This document shows positions 37,416-38,845 of a DNA stretch of 38,845 bases, one piece after another (position 1 is the stretch's first letter; each line of letters opens with the position of its first letter). Location: positions 1 through 38,845 of the IMG/VR virus record IMGVR_UViG_3300016476_000935; one strand, written 5' to 3'. Made by a program: the position numbers and the translations under genes. Below the pieces are notes generated by a model that worked only from the letters and a program-made list of their open reading frames with translations, was not told the DNA's origin and did no database searches. Origin of the DNA: a virus (Duplodnaviria; Caudoviricetes).

Positions 37416-37649
37416 ATGAAATTAGCAATTACATTTATCATCATTGCAGCTCCATTTTTTGCAGCAGCACAAACAACGAAAAAAACACCTCCAACAATCC
37501 CGGCACCAACTCCAGTACAGGAAAGCGAGTGCATTAAAATCAAGTCAAAGCCGATATTCCAACCGTACGATACAACCGAAGTAGTAGTGAGATCAGCGAG
37601 GCAAACGAGCCTTGCACCAGTGAACACGCGAAATGCTGTAAAGCAATAG
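37416..37649 (+). CDS. Small putative secreted protein
   Basis: MKLAITFIIIAAPFFAAA|Q followed by a Pro/Thr-rich region. Confidence 0.7.
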   Translation: MKLAITFIIIAAPFFAAAQTTKKTPPTIPAPTPVQESECIKIKSKPIFQPYDTTEVVVRSARQTSLAPVNTRNAVKQ

Positions 37650-37690
37650 CGATGCAAACAAAGCCGGGCGGCAAAGGCTACCCGGCAACA

Positions 37691-37783
37691 TGGGCCCGAT
37701 GGTCAATAAAAGCGTTTAGATTTTCTAACCATGAAGAGTATTTTTCAGCCGCTTTTATCGTGGTTCGATTCCACAGGGCCTGC
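37691..37783 (+). ncRNA. tRNA-like element 1 (no D stem)
   Basis: Acceptor TGGGCCC/GGGCCTG, T arm GTGG-TTCGATT-CCAC, 9-bp stem ATAAAAGCG/CGCTTTTAT. Confidence 0.6.
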
Positions 37784-37839
37784 ACAAGTTTTAATTACTG
37801 TTTTATTAAAGCGCCTCGATGTAAATTAAGGCGTTTTCA

Positions 37840-37910
37840 CACTACTCCAGGCGGCAAACTGTGACTATAAAGCCTTGACAGTTTGTAAGGTTCGACTCCT
37901 TAAGTAGTGA
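37840..37910 (+). ncRNA. tRNA-like element 2 (no D stem)
   Basis: Acceptor CACTACT/AGTAGTG, T arm TAAGG-TTCGACT-CCTTA, 8-bp stem CAAACTGT/ACAGTTTG. Confidence 0.7.
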
Positions 37911-37934
37911 CGCTAAAGTTAAATTGTGATTTGT

Positions 37935-37962
37935 GCCGGTTGCCGTAATGGTGGCCGGCTTT
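37935..37962 (+). terminator. Hairpin after the tRNA-like elements
   Basis: GCCGGTTGCC/GGTGGCCGGC stem then TTT. Confidence 0.55.
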
Positions 37963-37982
37963 ATGCGTAAAACAATAACAAT

Positions 37983-38264
37983 ATGAATACATCTCAAGCA
38001 GGAGAATTATTGGACTCTTATCTTGATGCCAACAATATCCAAATAAAAGATTGGAAAACTCGCGAGGCAATTATTGCTACAATGTACCAATTTGCAGCCT
38101 TAGCGGTATTAGAGGCAAAGGATGAAAATATTGCAATGGTAAAAGCGATTAAAGATGAAGACATTAAAGGTTCTATTGAGCCTTATTTGAAAAATGAAAA
38201 CAATGCTTTTTTTGTAAGAGTTGGCGCAATATGGATGCGTGACGAAATATTAAAAAAATTATAA
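37983..38264 (+). CDS. Hypothetical protein
   Basis: 93-aa ORF with A-rich leader. Confidence 0.65.
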   Translation: MNTSQAGELLDSYLDANNIQIKDWKTREAIIATMYQFAALAVLEAKDENIAMVKAIKDEDIKGSIEPYLKNENNAFFVRVGAIWMRDEILKKL

Positions 38265-38500
38265 CGCATCCAGAAGCGCGGACAATATTCTACAAGCTAC
38301 TTGATAGGCACGTTAAGCGAGCTGATCCGGTAGATCATTGCGTTGTTAGTGTAGAGTTGGTTATAAGTGTTTTACAAGGATTAATAGATAACAACATAAC
38401 TCTTAACCTCAAGGATAACCAGACGCTTAAACAGGAGTTTGAGTTGATGCTGATTGAGCTTAAAGAGTTGCAGCAAGAGAATGACCTCGATGCCATTTAG
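38261..38500 (+). CDS. 79-codon ORF starting at ATA (absent from ORF track)
   Basis: ITHPEARTIFYKLLDRHVKRADP...ELKELQQENDLDAI fills the gap exactly. Confidence 0.45.
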   Translation: MTHPEARTIFYKLLDRHVKRADPVDHCVVSVELVISVLQGLIDNNITLNLKDNQTLKQEFELMLIELKELQQENDLDAI

Positions 38501-38792
38501 ACCAAAAGAAACCCGACCGAACTGGATGCCTGAACGCAAAGCACACGAAAGAAGGCGTAAAGGAAATAAGGCATTGTACAACAGTCAAGCGTGGAGGCGT
38601 GACCGCGCTGCATTCCTATCTCATTTCCCCTTATGCGCTGTTTGTGAAAGTAGAGGCATTTATACACCTGCAACAGTATCGGATCACATTGTACCAATCA
38701 ATCAGGGAGGCGACGTGTGGAGCTGGGAGAATAGGCAGGCGCTGTGTGATATTTGCCACGCGGTTAAGTCAGGCAGGGAGGCGCATCTGTGA
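38490..38792 (+). CDS. HNH endonuclease, terminase-associated (HK97 gp74-like)
   Basis: YNSQAWRR, CAVC, DHIVPINQGG, NRQALCDICH; start reassigned to 38490; precedes terS on circularisation. Confidence 0.93.
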   Translation: MPFRPKETRPNWMPERKAHERRRKGNKALYNSQAWRRDRAAFLSHFPLCAVCESRGIYTPATVSDHIVPINQGGDVWSWENRQALCDICHAVKSGREAHL

Positions 38793-38845
38793 ACCGGTAG
38801 GGGTGTATTTAATCTCTAAACGTACGTTGGTAACACAGATCGGAA
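38793..38845. other. Probable cos region, continuing into positions 1-63
   Basis: HNH-terS intergenic region; TAGGGGT (38798-38804) is an inverted repeat of ACCCCTA (30-36). Confidence 0.55.

Noticed and set aside
37652-37864. 70-aa ORF
   Set aside because: Overlaps several strong RNA helices and the tRNA-like elements; no protein-like motif
37691-37910. Canonical tRNA genes or tmRNA
   Set aside because: No D stem, 7-nt anticodon loop or CCA; too short for tmRNA and no tag reading frame

Overview
The window looks like a complete ~38.8-kb HK97-like siphophage genome opened near the cos site, running from terS to an HNH gene. The host is most likely in Bacteroidota: there are several TAnnTTTG/-33 TTTG promoters, A-rich translation starts lacking Shine-Dalgarno motifs, and signal peptides ending in A|Q. 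Layout: packaging, head and tail genes on + (64-20434); a minus-strand block with Bet/RecT recombinase, exonuclease, hexapeptide-repeat protein and membrane-anchored GH73 hydrolase (20492-25151); then + strand early genes, replication, DNA/nucleotide-modification genes, M15 peptidase and HNH (25305-38792). I see no integrase, CI-type repressor with peptidase domain, or partition system. Most notable: (1) two tandem D-armless tRNA-like RNAs with the same architecture but unrelated sequence (37691-37910); (2) a c4/P4-CI-like cloverleaf RNA with matching upstream targets heading the replication operon, followed by a gene split at a T9 tract; (3) a 4.3-kb cassette of signal-peptide fibre and membrane proteins inside the tail operon; (4) apparent GGATCC enrichment. 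All calls come from motif recognition by eye; no database searches or folding programs were run.
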